Position numbers and translations under genes: made by a program
Shown: positions 49,640 to 62,525 of the stretch, piece by piece
Layout: the number at the start of each line of letters is the position of its first letter
Position numbering within the stretch: the stretch's first letter is position 1
The notes under the pieces: model-generated
The model's database searches: none
Told to the model about the DNA's origin: nothing
Seen by the model: only the letters and a program-made list of their open reading frames with translations
Origin: Utricularia gibba
Taxonomy: Eukaryota; Plantae; Magnoliophyta
Reading direction: 5' to 3'
DNA length: 64,000 nucleotides
Assembly: GCA_002189035.1 (NCBI GenBank)
Contig: NEEC01000025.1
Coordinates: 62,001 to 126,000, forward strand

Positions 49640-51682
49640 CTACACCCCGACGCATTCATGGATTGCCTTGTAGCACTGCAGGCTGCAAATGGGAAGCCTC
49701 GACTTCGAATCCCTGTACTTGTACGGATTCCGGCACGACGGACCGGCGCAGGTCTCGCGGGAGGAGGATACCTGAGACAACAAGAGGCGTAAGCAACGGT
49801 GATGAAGGGTAGAGCTCAAAGATCTTCTGTGCAGAAACGAAGTGCATTCATTCCCCTACTGCGATGGGTTCGGGTCGAAGATCTTCGGAAAACCCATTTC
49901 TCGGGGGAATGTGACGGTTGTTCCCGTCGGTCCCAGGACTGTTCTGATGGTGCATGATGCCAGCAAATGGGCAGTGGCTATCTTCTCCTTCGCCAACTCC
50001 TCCTGTCTTTTCTTTATTTTCTCTTCTCTCTTCTTTCTGCTTGAATCTTGTCCAAGGATTTTCCTAATCGCCTCTTGCTGTAAGTTTCAAATCCAACTTC
50101 CTTGAGCCCATTAACTGAAAGTAGGTATAAACTGTGATGAAACAAAAAGGGAAAGGGAACCTCGGTTTCTCGGGCTGCTTTCTCATTCATCAGTCTTCGT
50201 CTTTGAGCAGCTTCAGCCTTTTTTGCTTGTTGCTCTGTTTCAGACAACTTCTCCTTTCGCTCTGATGATGGCATTGTTAAATAGATGGGGTTATGGAGCA
50301 TAACTCAGACGACAGAAATATCTCACTTACTTCGACTGGGAGCTGGTGGTAAGCCATCTGGGAACTCAATTTGGCATGCACCAGCTACTGAAGAAGGATC
50401 CTCCTTCCGTAGAAGGGCTCGCTGACGAGTTGTCAAAGCCACTTCCCTTTTTTGTTCTGCTGGCACCTCCGATGGATCTTTCCTTGACCTTTTCTTCTTC
50501 CCACTATCGTGCTCAGAATCAGAAAACGAACCTTCTTCCTCATGTGCTACCTCTCCAGGTCTGCACTTCTTAACATCTCTTCCACCTCTGGGATCCTCTG
50601 CACTTTCAAATTTCCTTCCCTTTTGTGCATCCGAGTCCTTGTATCCTGACATCTTCGAACTCTTGAGCTTCTCCAGGTACCGGATCTCATCATCCTCTGA
50701 ATCTTCATCAAAGTCATCTGCTCTCCTTCTACGCCCCCTTTTGCTCTTCCGGACTGCATCTAACTTATTGCCGTTTTCCTCTACAGCATTCTTCGTTGAT
50801 TTCCTCCCCACATCCTCCCTGGATGTGCTGAAATTATTCGTAAAATCCTTCCAGCGAACACCTTGCAAGCTACTCTTCTTATCCATATGTGGAGAATGAT
50901 GTTCAGTAGAATCACCCTGCAACCAAAAAGTGACAAAAATATCAAATTACAGTAATCGGATTCCAATACAAGAGATTTCCTCATGCATAGGACACAAGAA
51001 GGCCATGAAAGATGCACCACCATACCAAAATGCAGCTAAAAAAACTAAAAAATGCTACAAACCTAGGCAAAACAACACAGAGATGCATAATGCATAGTTG
51101 ATACTTTTGTATTCTTGCGATCGGACAACTAAGCAGAATCAATCTCTAGGAAACAGTCAACAAGGATATAACCTTACAATCCAAGCACGCATTGCTTGCA
51201 ATCTATCATACTTCTTCCAGTAGCGCTAACTAAGATTCAGCACTACCGGCTGAACGTGACACATTGTCAATGTGGTATATATGCGAGGAAGAAAAAAACA
51301 AAAAAACCTGATGAATTAGCCTCCGTTTTTGATGAGCATTATCAGATTGCTGATTCCCCTTTACAGGAGCTCGGTTGCTTGATGGCCCATTGGTTGCACC
51401 ACCAACCTTCAATTTCACCTTCTTTTGGACGTTCCCAAGTGCTGCGCCTTCACTTGCATCAGCGCATGGAACTGATTCATCACGGAAAGGCCGTGAAAAA
51501 CACTGATTCATTCTTCCACTAGAGTTACCATCAATAGTCTCATCAATCGAGACATCATTCACGTCATCGAAAACGGGTGGTGATGACAACGATGAATGAT
51601 CAGGAAGTGATTGCACCTCAGGTTTTGGTCGCCGTGAGGTTTGACTTCTCTTTTTCTTTAGAGTACATCTGGAAGACTCCAT
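49640..51682 (-). CDS. INO80 complex subunit B-like (PAPA-1 domain plus HIT zinc finger); apparent 1-bp deletion at ~49760
   Basis: KKKRSQTSRRP, KKVKLKVGG, DEDSEDDEIRYLEKLK, ALTTRQRAL, IEFPDGLPPAP, KKAEAAQRRR, EAIRKILGQDSSRKKREEK, CAGPSCRNPYKYRDSKSRLPICSLQCYKAI. Confidence 0.9.
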
Positions 51683-52579
51683 CTTTACAGAATGCTTCCG
51701 AATCCTGATCCAAAAATCACATCTTTTAAAAATAAACTTCAAGGCAGAAATCATTACAGAACTAACGACACTGATTCCTGTAACCTCTAAAACATAAAAT
51801 CTACAATCACAGAGAGATGTAAGTATCAGCTCAAACCCATGTCTCGGATCGATTCAAGCAACCGGCTTTCCAAACAAAGGAGGAAAAGAGCCAGCATAAA
51901 TCCAACAACACAGCACATATTCAGCGAAAACAATCTACTTGGAGAAAACGGAAAGCCAATACCCCTCACATTGACTCGACGACGCCCAAACCCATCATCA
52001 AACAACAAAAAACACAAGAAACATCGACATAACGCGAAGTCAAACACGAATTACCCGAAACAACGCACGACGCGAAGAGCCCACGATCGAGATCACCAAG
52101 ATCAAGATCGGAGAATCGATCGTTGAATAAATTTCCAAACACGGTTGGTACAGAATTCGCTTCTAGGGTTGTAGTTGTGGAAGATGCGGGAAGGAGGATA
52201 ACAACGATGGAGGTGGGAATTGGTAATGGTATTGCTATACTCAATTTCTCCTCCATGCTGCGTGCGTGTATGAGTGTGTGTGGACTATGTAGGATCTCCC
52301 AACCTATACGGGCCCTCGGGTTGGATTTCTGGATCCTGTCCTCTTGAGTTCAGTGTACTGTTCGCCTTTCCCCTTCTCCATGGTGTTATTCTCCTTCGCT
52401 GCAACTACATGTAACATGGCGCAGGTTTGCTTCACGCGCACGGTTTTTTTTTTAAAAAAAAAAAAAACTATTTTTCTCACTGTTTGATTTTATTATTTTT
52501 CTGTTTTCGTATTATTTTGAAAATAATAATAATAAGGCTCTTGTGAGTGAAGTTCATACAGAAGACAGGAATTTGAGAC

Positions 52580-52587
52580 TAGGGTTT
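52580..52587 (-). promoter_or_regulatory. Telo-box (AAACCCTA) immediately upstream of the RH24 start codon
   Basis: Plus strand TAGGGTTT 4 nt before the ATG; telo-boxes are common in plant RNA-processing and translation genes. Confidence 0.55.
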
Positions 52588-52591
52588 CAAG

Positions 52592-55561
52592 ATGTCGAAG
52601 AGGAAGTTCGGATTCGAAGGGTTTGGGGTCAATCGGCAAGCAACTTACGACTTCGAGCGGTCGCAGACGCTTCAGCGGCTATATGTTCCTCCGTCAGCTA
52701 GAGGCGGAGGAGGGGGTGACGGCGACGATGACGCGGATCTGGAAAACATAGAATATGCTGAGGAACAGAGGGATGAGCCCAGGGACGCAGGTGATGAGAA
52801 AATTGACGTGAAGAGGAAATTGATCCTCTGGACGCGTTTATGAATGGGCTGCAGGAGGAGATGAAGGCTGCACCGCCACCTAAGGGGAAGAAGTTGGATA
52901 AGTATGAAGATGATGTGGAAGATGATCCTATGGAGAGTTTTCTCAAGTCGAAGAAGGATGTTGGATTGCAATTAGCGGCAGATGCCTTGCACGCGGGGTA
53001 TAATTCGGATGAGGAGGTTTATGCTGCAGCGAAAGCGGTGGATGCTGGCCTGCTAGATTATGATTCTGATGATAATCCTATTGTTACCGATAAGAAAAAG
53101 ATCGAGCCGATTCCTGCTCTTGACCATTCTTCGATTGAATACGAAGCATTCAACAAGGATTTCTACGAGGAGAAGCCTTCAATATCGGGTAACTCTAATT
53201 CCATGGTTTAAAGAATCTTTCCTTTATGGTTTCCAGTGGTTTTGCTATATCTTTGTGTGTGTGCGTGTGTATTTGTTGCTTCTGCTGTCCATGAAGGCAC
53301 TGACCAATCTGGCTTATAGGAATGAGTGATGAGGATGTTGCCGAGTACAGGAAGAGTGTAGCTATCCGAGTTTCAGGTTTTGATGTTCCACGGCCAATTA
53401 AGGCATTTGAAGATTGTGGCTTTTCTATTGAGCTGATGAAGGCCATCGCGAAACAAGCGTATGAAAAGCCCACACCTATACAATGCCAAGCTTTACCCAT
53501 CGTACTTTCTGGGAGAGATGTAATTGGGATTGCAAAAACTGGATCAGGAAAAACTGCATCATTTGTACTTCCCATGATCGTTCATATCATGGATCAACCT
53601 GAGCTTGGTAAAGAAGAAGGTCCCATTGGTGTGATTTGTGCTCCCACCAGGGAACTGGCTCATCAAATATATTTAGAAGCTAAGAAATTCTCCAAAGTTC
53701 ATGGTATTCGAATTGCTGCAGTTTACGGTGGAATGTCTAAGTTGGATCAGTTTAAAGAACTCAAATCAGGATGTGAGATAGTTGTGGCTACTCCAGGAAG
53801 GTTGATTGACATGATCAAAATGAAAGCACTAAACATGCTGAGAGCAACATATCTAGTACTTGATGAAGCTGATAGAATGTTTGACCTTGGATTTGAGCCA
53901 CAGATAAGATCTATAGTAGGTCAGATTAGGCCAGATCGCCAGACATTGCTTTTCTCAGCCACCATGCCTCGTAAAGTTGAAAAGCTTGCTAGGGAAATCC
54001 TATCTGACCCTGTAAGAGTAACAGTGGGAGAAGTGGGTATGGCCAATGAGGATATAACACAAGTTGTTCACGTGGTACCTTCAGATGCTGAAAAGATGCC
54101 ATGGCTAATTGAGAAGCTCCCTGGGATGATTGATGAAGGTGATGTGCTTGTTTTTGCTTCCAAAAAGGCCACTGTGGATCAAGTTGAAGCTCAACTTGTG
54201 CAAAGAAGCTTTAAAGTTGCATCGTTGCATGGTGACAAAGATCAAACTTCTCGTATGGAGATATTGCAGAAATTCAAATCGGGAACATACCATGTCCTGG
54301 TTGCCACTGATGTTGCTGCTAGGGGGCTTGACATCAAATCTATTAAGTCTGTGGTTAACTTTGACATAGCAAAGGACATGGACATGCATGTGCATCGAAT
54401 TGGAAGGACAGGTCGGGCTGGTGACAAAGATGGGGTTGCCTACACACTCATAACTCACAAGGAATCCAGATTTGCTGGTGAATTGGTCAACAGTTTGGTT
54501 GCTGCAGGCCAAAATGTGTCAAAGGAACTCATGGATCTGGCAATGAAGGTGAGCACACGTGCTTCGTTTTTGTTGTGTGAAAACATTCTTGCAAGCAGAG
54601 GCCTCACAATTGCGGGGTTTTGTTTCTACCGTATTTTCTGCATCTCATATTCCTGGGTTTTCTGATTCACAGGATGGAAGGTTCAGGTCCAAACGTGATG
54701 CTCGAAAAGGAGGTAGGGTGATTTTCTTTTTCTAGGCTGTCCAGGTTTTTTTTTTTTTTTTGTAGGTAAAAGGGCGTATACTTTTGCCAGTCATGCACTC
54801 GTTGATATCTTTTGCTTTCATGCTCATTTATCCGAATCCAAGACTGTCTAAGCTCAGGCATTCCATCCGAAGTATGCAAAATTCCAGGCCTTCTGATGAT
54901 AACTTCCCCTGCAGGTGGAAAAAGAGCCAAGGGGAGGGAGGTGGTAGTAGAGGTGTACGAGGGGTTGATTTTGGTCTGGGAATTGGGTACAGCGTAGAAT
55001 CTAATCATCCATCAAATGCACCTTCTGTGCGTTCTGCAGCAGTTAATTCACTGAAGGCAGGAATGATGGCTCAATTCAGGAGTAACTTCGTCCCTGCATC
55101 ATCTAATTCGGAGAACCAATTTCTACAGAACAATACAAATGTGCAAACAAATAGAAGAGTGTTGTCCGGTTTTGTGTCAGGTGGGACAATTGGTGGTGAC
55201 GTTTATGCTGCTAAGATAAACAGTTCTCCTTCAGCGGCTGCACCCTCATCGAGTACTCCTACGACAAGAGAAAATTCCAAACCAGCTCAGCCTGATAGGT
55301 ATCTTTTATGTGCTTAACATTCATTCATTCAGTATTGCGCTGGCGTAGTTAACCTCCTTAATGAGCTAGTCTTGGTGGGTTGGTCGTCTTGTTAAATTAT
55401 CATCAAACTGCCCTTATTCTGGCATCCCCTACGTGTTCTATTTTCATGCCGTAGCTATTTTGACGCCCAGGCACTTCACATCCTTACGCGTTACCACTTT
55501 GTTTCTTGGTTCCAGAGATAAAGCAAGAGAAAGGCGTAGACCATCTGGTTGGGATCGTTAG
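52592..55561 (+). CDS. RH24: DEAD-box ATP-dependent RNA helicase 24 (DDX42-like); two apparent 1-bp deletions (~52808, ~54937)
   Basis: MSKRKFGFEGFG, IDPLDAFM, AKTGSGKT, PTRELAHQ, DEAD, SAT, HRIGRTGRAG, DFGLGIG, terminal RERRRPSGWDR*. Confidence 0.95.
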
Positions 55562-55765
55562 AGCACCAGTCCACAACAATTTCAACCGCCTTTGCTGTTG
55601 TATCATTTTTTATGTGGGGCGCTTGGTGTAGCTCATGTTTCGTAGAAGGCTCGAAGTTCAGTGATGATGATTTCGCTCGCTATAAGAAAGTTCATGTTTA
55701 AAGGTTGCAGCGCTCTATATTTGAACTCAATGGTGGCTGTGCAACTTCTCCGACAATGGCTTCCT

Positions 55766-57123
55766 CTAAGCACTGGGGCAACTCGACGGCTCACCGCCAC
55801 GGTTAATTCTACGACGATTAGCACTTGGGCAAATGTCGAGGCAACTCTCCCTAAGCGCGCTGTCATCTTCTGGGTTTGGTGGGATCACTCCAAACTTGAA
55901 CTGCCATTGTGGGAAACAAGGGCTCAGTTGAATCAAACGAAAGAGCCAGGGGAAATCTTCCTTCGGAAAAATGCAAAAGCAACACCTGACACGAGTAGTC
56001 TGCGAAGTTGGGCTCCATCAGCAGAGGAACTCCCATGTACTCTTTGAAAAATGCCTGCATGTCATGAAGAACGGTAAGATGACTAAGGTGTCGAGAAAAG
56101 TGTTTGTGAGGATGATTCACCTGCGTGGGAAGCTTGCAGGTGTTGATGCATACTCCCACACATTTGCTCTCTTCCAAGTACTTGCACTTCTCAACCAAAA
56201 CCTACATGAATGAATGAATGAATGCCAAGTTGCAAGGCAAGTATCCAGATGAGGAGGATTCAGGTATGTGAAGCAGAAAGGAAAAGATTACCCCACTAGT
56301 CCACGAGGCACCATCAGCAACATCTACAGAGTTAACTGAACATCTTCCCATGAGCCATTGGCATGAGAATACAGTTACCCTGGCTGATAACAAGCAGGCA
56401 GTTACCTTGATTGCTATCTACCCTCCATGATCAGAACTGCACTTTCGTTAAGTGACAAGGAAAGAAGGCACTTACCTACCATTTCAGCAGCCACTCTACC
56501 TCCGGCAATGGGAGAAATCAGCTTCCTGTAGAGCTCCAGCAACAATGGAGGGAAGAGTGACACCAGTATCCTTACCTACAACAGGGATACCGTAGGAAGA
56601 ATCATTTGCTGCTTCTAATGCATCTTTTGAATTTTGCTAAATCGCAAGGAAATGGAGGGAGGGTACGGCGATTTCAGTCGCTTCGGACTTGGAACGGCCG
56701 ATCAATAGGCGGTGTGCTATATCAATCAATCCATCGTATCCAGGTTTCTTCGAGTCCCAACCACTCTTCTGTGAGCCATCAGTAAATCCTTCCGTAACCT
56801 ATGTAACACACGTAACTGGATCCGAAATACTAACCTCCGCCATTCTTGTGCGAAAAACCTTCAAAAAGACCTCGTCCAGGAACCCTGGCAAATACTCCTC
56901 TGCAATCGGTTTGGCATCAGTTGCCTTGACCTATCGGGAGAGAGCTTATATCAGTCGATTTTTTTTTGTTTTTTGGAGATTTCTCGTGAGCTAGCGAGAA
57001 ACGAAGCTATCTTACCGAATGAGATTGCGTGGAGAAGCGTGAAGCTAGGGAAGACGAATCGTTGATCAGGGGATACAGACGAGGAATGACGGCCGGAAGT
57101 GGCCGGACACTGAGCACCGCCAT
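55766..57123 (-). CDS. Beta-carotene isomerase D27-like paralogue (D27-LIKE2 type), 7 exons
   Basis: GWDSKKPGYDGLI, VRILVSLFPPLLLELY, SCQWLMGRCSVN, VEKCKYLEESKCVGVCINTCKLPTQ, MGVPLLMEPNFADYSCQFKFG; ATG at 57123, stop TAG at 55768-55766. Confidence 0.9.
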
Positions 57124-57411
57124 AAACGTCCTAGAATCCTGATTATCGGATTATACTGCCAACCAAGGTTGAGGTAACCGCGGTTGGGTTGAGAAATTGA
57201 ACTATGGTTACGAAAATTTGTTGTAATATTCTTAAAAAAAATGACGAAAATCTACTAGGATTTACCCGACCTTTACGGACGGCTGACCTGAGCTGCTTTG
57301 ATATCCATTCGGTCCAAACAGAGGACGAGGAGGAGTGAGAGTAAAAAGGAAGTGAACTTTTTTCTTCTTGTTTTTGTTTTATTTATTATCTTCTACGGTG
57401 GCTCGCAGTCG

Positions 57412-60254
57412 ATGGCTTCCTCGACGCCGCCGCCGCCGCATTGCGCGTTGACAACGGCGAAGCCTTACCCGGGCCACCACTTCCACCACCCGCAGAACCA
57501 TCATCGGCGGGGCTCTACGCAACAGCACCGCAGCTGGGCCCCCAGAAGTTTTCCTTGAACAAGAACGATGCTTCTAAAGCCGCCGCCGCCGCCGCCAGAC
57601 TACCTCCAGCGTCCGCCGCAGCTGGGCCCTGTTTGTCAGTTACTGATTTCTCGAGCCGCCGTTCCACGAGGTTTGTTTCGAAAATGCATTTCGGGCGCCC
57701 CAGATCCGCTGCCTCCACTCGCCATTCGGCTGCCGCAGCGGAGGCGCTTGAGACGATTGTGTGTGGCGGAGAGGGAGTCGGTATGGATACCATTTTGCGT
57801 AGTTATGAATCAAAGCTGTGTGCTTCGGATGATTATAATTATCTGCTTCGTGAGTTGGGGAACAGGGGGGATTGGCTTAGGGCGATGCAATGTTTTGAAT
57901 TCGCCACCAGCCGTGAGAAGCGGAGAAACGAGCTGGGGAAATTGGGTACCTCCATGATCAGTACCCTTGGCAGATTGGGAAAAGTTGAATTGGCTAAGAA
58001 GGTGTTTGATACTGCTGTGAATGAGGGCTATGGGAATACTGTTTATGCATATTCCGCTTTGATTAGTGCTTATGCCAAGAGTGGGTACTGTGATGAGGCG
58101 ATTGGAGTGTTTGAGAGTATGAAAGATTACGGCTTGAAGCCAAATTTAATTACTTACAATGCTTTGATTGATGCTTGTGGTAAAGGGGGTGGTGATTATA
58201 AGAGGGCCATAGAGATTTTTGATGATATGCTGCGTAATGGGATGCAGCCTGATAGAATTACCTACAATTCACTGCTTGCAGTTTGCAGTGGTGCTGGATT
58301 GTGGGAGACTGCTAGAAATCTATTTGATGAGATGGTTTATCGAGGAATAGATCAAGATATTTATACGTACAACATCCTTTTGGATGCTGCTTGTGGTGGT
58401 GGCCATATGGACATTGCTTTTGAGATAATGGCCGAGATGCCGGCAAAGAACATTATGCCCAACGAAGTAACATATAGTACAGTTATCCGTGGTTGTGCCA
58501 AGGCTGGCAGACTAGATAGGGCGCTGAATTTATTCACTGAGATGAAGATGGCTGGTATTAAACTGGACAGGGTATCTTATAATACTCTGGTTGCTATTTA
58601 TGCGAACCTTGGCAGATTTGAAGAGGCTTTTGCAGTGGCAGAGGAAATGGAGAAGTTTGGGATCAAAAAGGATGTGGTTACCTATAATGCTTTATTGGAT
58701 GGTTTCGGTAAACAATGGATGTATGGTAGAGTGAAGGCTTTATTTGCTGAGATGAAAAGGGAAAGGCTTTCTCCTAACTTACTAACATACTCAACATTGA
58801 TCAGTGTGTATTTGAAGGGAGGTTTATCTGAAGATTCATTTGAACTGTACAAAGAATTTAAGCAGCAGGGCCTCAAGGCGGATGTTGTTTTCTACAGTAA
58901 ACTGATTGATGCATTGTGCAAGAAGGGGCTAGTGGAATTATCTGCACGGTTGCTTGAGGAGATGATGAAGCTAGGCATCCATCCTAATGTTGTTACCTAC
59001 AACTCAATAATCAATGCATTTGGGCATTCAGAACTCGATGATCATGGGGTAGTTGCAGTACCGCCATTGTCTTCTCAACATATTGCTGATGACATTGCAG
59101 CACACGATGAAGACAAAATTATAGAAGTCTTCAGACACTTGGCTTCTGGAAAATCAGGCGATGAAGCCCATGAGAGAGGGAAAAAAGACTTCCGATGTGT
59201 TCTGGACATTTTCTCTAGCATGCATGAGATGCAAATAAAGCCTAATGTTGTCACCTTCTCAGCAATTCTTAATGCTTGCAGGTACGCTGATTATCGCTTA
59301 ATATATGAGACTTCAGCAAGTTTGCTTATCACTTGCAGCGCACACCTTACATCAGTGTCTTCAGCTCTTCATAAAGTTTCTACCTTTGCAGCCACTGTAA
59401 CTCATTTGAAGATGCTTCACTGCTGCTAGAGGAATTGCGCCTTTTCGATAACCAAGTTTACGGAGTTGCCTACGGCCTTCTTATGGGTTATGATGAACAT
59501 ACTTGGTCTAGAGCTGTGACACTGTTCGATGAGATGAAGCGCATGGACACATCGACTGCATCTGCATTTTACAATGCTTTAACAGACATGCTCTGGCACT
59601 TTGGCCAAGTAAAACTTCTATTCCAATCTGAGCTCATCTTCTATCCCCTGTTTCTGATGCACACAAATTTTCAGCTCTGTCTTATTCATCTCTGTACCTC
59701 TTTTTCCAGAAGCGGGGTGCCCAACTGGTGGTTCTTGAAGGCAAGCGTCGAGAAGTCTGGGACAACACTTGGTCCGACTCGTGCCTAGATCTGCATTTGA
59801 TGTCCTCCGGCGCTGCTCGGGCGATGGTTCACGCATGGCTCCTGAACATCCGGTCCATTCTTTTCAAAGGCCACGAGCTTCCCAAGCTGCTAAGGTATGA
59901 ACTCGCTCCGTTCTCGCAGTATCTCCATCATCTTCTCCACCGGCATTATTTACAATCCCCTTCCCTCCTGCGCGAACTACTTCCTCCAGCATTCTTACCG
60001 GCTGGGGCAAGCATAGCAAGGTTGTCGGCGATAGCGCCCTCAAGCGTTCAATCGAAGCGCTGCTGACCAGCATCGGCGCGCCATTTCGGATCGCCAAGTG
60101 CAACATGGGCCGGTTCGTTTCGACCGGAGCCGTCGTGGCGACGTGGCTGAGGCAGTCGGGGACTCAGAAAGTTCTCGTTCTTCAGGATGACAGGAGGCGT
60201 TCAGGGTGCATGAAGCTCGATCTCTCCTCTGCTTTACAACCTGCGGCGTCGTAA
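57412..60254 (+). CDS. GUN1: GENOMES UNCOUPLED 1, plastid PPR-SMR protein; apparent 1-bp deletion at 57539-57543
   Basis: [11 protein letters not shown] start, [18 protein letters not shown], tandem PPRs, [18 protein letters not shown] domain [24 protein letters not shown]...[14 protein letters not shown]. Confidence 0.95.
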
Positions 60255-60550
60255 CATTTCCCTGATGCTGCGTCATGTATGTACAGAGAACAACTCCCAA
60301 ACGCCTCCTTTTGTCTAAATTCATGTGTTCTTATATTACTAATGTTCAACTATGTGATGTTAAAAGGTAAAGTTTTTTAGTATTAAAAATGATAAAATCA
60401 ATTAATCAAAAATAAAAATAAATGATTAAAAAGGGGGAAAAAAAAAAGAAATCGTGATTGTAACTGCTGGTCAAAGGGGGAGTTGAAGAGGGGCTAATTT
60501 CTACCGCCAGACGGACCGCGTGAGAATCCCGCGCTATCTCGCCGTGTGTC

Positions 60551-60733
60551 CACGTGTCATCCATCCAGGTTCCCATGATCGACGGCCTCACCCTCGCGAT
60601 CTTGTGTGGGTCCGCCAGCTTCAGGGGAGTAACCGGCACGTGGCCACAATCGCGTTGCCAAACCGGCACCTGTCGACAGAAAAGTCGCCGCATCCCCACT
60701 GGTAAACGGTTACCACACGCGACTATATAAAAA
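60551..60733 (+). promoter_or_regulatory. ABRE/G-box pair plus TATA box upstream of the PP2C
   Basis: CACGTGTC at 60551-60558, CACGTGGC at 60637-60644, CTATATAAAA at about 60724-60733. Confidence 0.6.
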
Positions 60734-60891
60734 CCGATTCAAGGCCGACTATCGTGGTTTTCACCACTTTGGATGATCTTGGGGAAATGACGAGAAGTTT
60801 CTTTGATTGACGACTCCGCGGAATCTTGAAGTTCTTCGTGCTTTTGAGAAGGTGACTGTTTTGTATTTTCTGTAGCTTGCGATTGGGGAGG

Positions 60892-62525
60892 ATGGTAGCT
60901 GAAGCCGCGGTGGCTGTAACGGAGACTATAGCGTCGGCGCTTGATTTGCCGGCTGCAGGAGTTGTAAGCTCTTCTTTCGATTCCCTTGTGCGCTATGATT
61001 TCTTCGCGACTGAAACTGCTTGTTCAGGGTGTTCCGACTGAAACTGCTTGTGATTTGAATCGTGTATATTGCGTAGTTCTTTAATTGCGAAAGCGCTTCT
61101 GTATGATCTCTTTCATTTACTTGGTTGTAGCCGTTTGTAGCGCAAGCAGGACGGTGGGTTTAGGAAGGTTATCTTTAAGGGCTGATCTGACTGGGGAACG
61201 CGTGATAATATATTCATTGAATAGATTTGATGACGGCAGAATTTTTTTTTTTTTTTTTTTTTTTTTGATCAGGGGTTTATGAGTTTTGGGGTTGCCGATA
61301 ACAATTTTCTTTAATCTTCTCTCAGGATGTTGAGTATTCTGAAGCTCGTAATTCACAATACCTTCCAAGGATCCGCTCTGGAAGCTTTGTTGATATTGGA
61401 CCACGGAAGTGTATGGAAGATGAGCACATAAGGATAGATGATCTCTGCAATCACTTGGGATCGATCATCAGTTTTCCTGAACCAACATCCTTCTATGGGG
61501 TAAGTGATTTCATGTTCTTACTGCCTTTTCTACTTCAGTTGGAATCTTCATGGGATTGTCACGTTTTATTTCTCTCACTATCTTTTTCTTTATCTTGTAG
61601 GTGTTTGATGGTCATGGAGGACCTGAAGCAGCGGCCTTTGTTCGAAGAAATGCAATCAGATTCTTCTTTGAGGAAACTGATTTCCCTCTATCATCGCATT
61701 GTAGCGATGCATTTCAAATGGAACTTGAGGATTCTCTGAGGAAAGCATTTCTTCAAGCAGACATAGCTTTGTCAAATGACTGCAGCATCAGTACTTCTTC
61801 GGGAACTACTGCACTGACAGCCATTGTTATTGGAAGGTACCCTTCTTTTTCCCCTTTCTGCTGCTTCATAAAGTAAAGTCCTATGCACGCCTTTTTTGTG
61901 TTAGTTTGTAATTCGCATGGGAAACTCATGTTTCTTCTGTAACTTTTCTAAGATCTTATGAATTACATGTTCCAGGCTTCTGGTGGTGGCAAACGCAGGA
62001 GACTGCCGAGCCGTTCTTTGCCGGAACGGCGAGGCAATGGATATGTCTCAAGATCACAGACCAAACTATGTAGCAGAAAGACAGCGTGTTGAGAAAATGG
62101 GTGGTTTCATCGATGAAGGTTATCTCAATGGCATTCTTGCAGTTACTCGAGCTCTTGGTGATTGGGACGTGAAGTTGCCTCGAGGATCATTCTCACCTCT
62201 CATTGCAGAACCAGAGTTTCGACAAACAATCCTCACAGAGGAGGACGAGTTCCTCATACTTGGTTGCGATGGGATCTGGGACGTGATGTCCAGCCAGCAA
62301 GCAGTCACACTGGTTCGCCGTGGACTCAGACGGCACGATGACCCTGAGCAGTGCGCCAGGGACCTCGTCATGGAAGCTCTCCGGCTGAAAACATTCGACA
62401 ACCTCACCGTGATCATTGTTTGTTTCACATCTTTCCAGCCCTACGGAAACCGGGCGAAGATTCGGCGTTGCACCCTTTCTGCCGAGGCTTTGAAGAGTTT
62501 AAAGAGCTTCTTGGAGTCCAGTTGA
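60892..62525 (+). CDS. Protein phosphatase 2C (PP2C47/49-like), 4 exons
   Basis: MVAEA start, [68 protein letters not shown]. Confidence 0.93.

Noticed and set aside
56808-56843. ATG at 56843 as the D27-like start with an early stop
   Set aside because: It is an internal Met at an exon end. The true start is at 57123 and the apparent stop is within a 66-nt intron.
60995-61270. 17-bp direct repeat (CGACTGAAACTGCTTGT twice) and a long poly-T in PP2C intron 1; also a 16-bp direct repeat at 19584-19633
   Set aside because: Ordinary slippage-type micro-duplications with no evident function.
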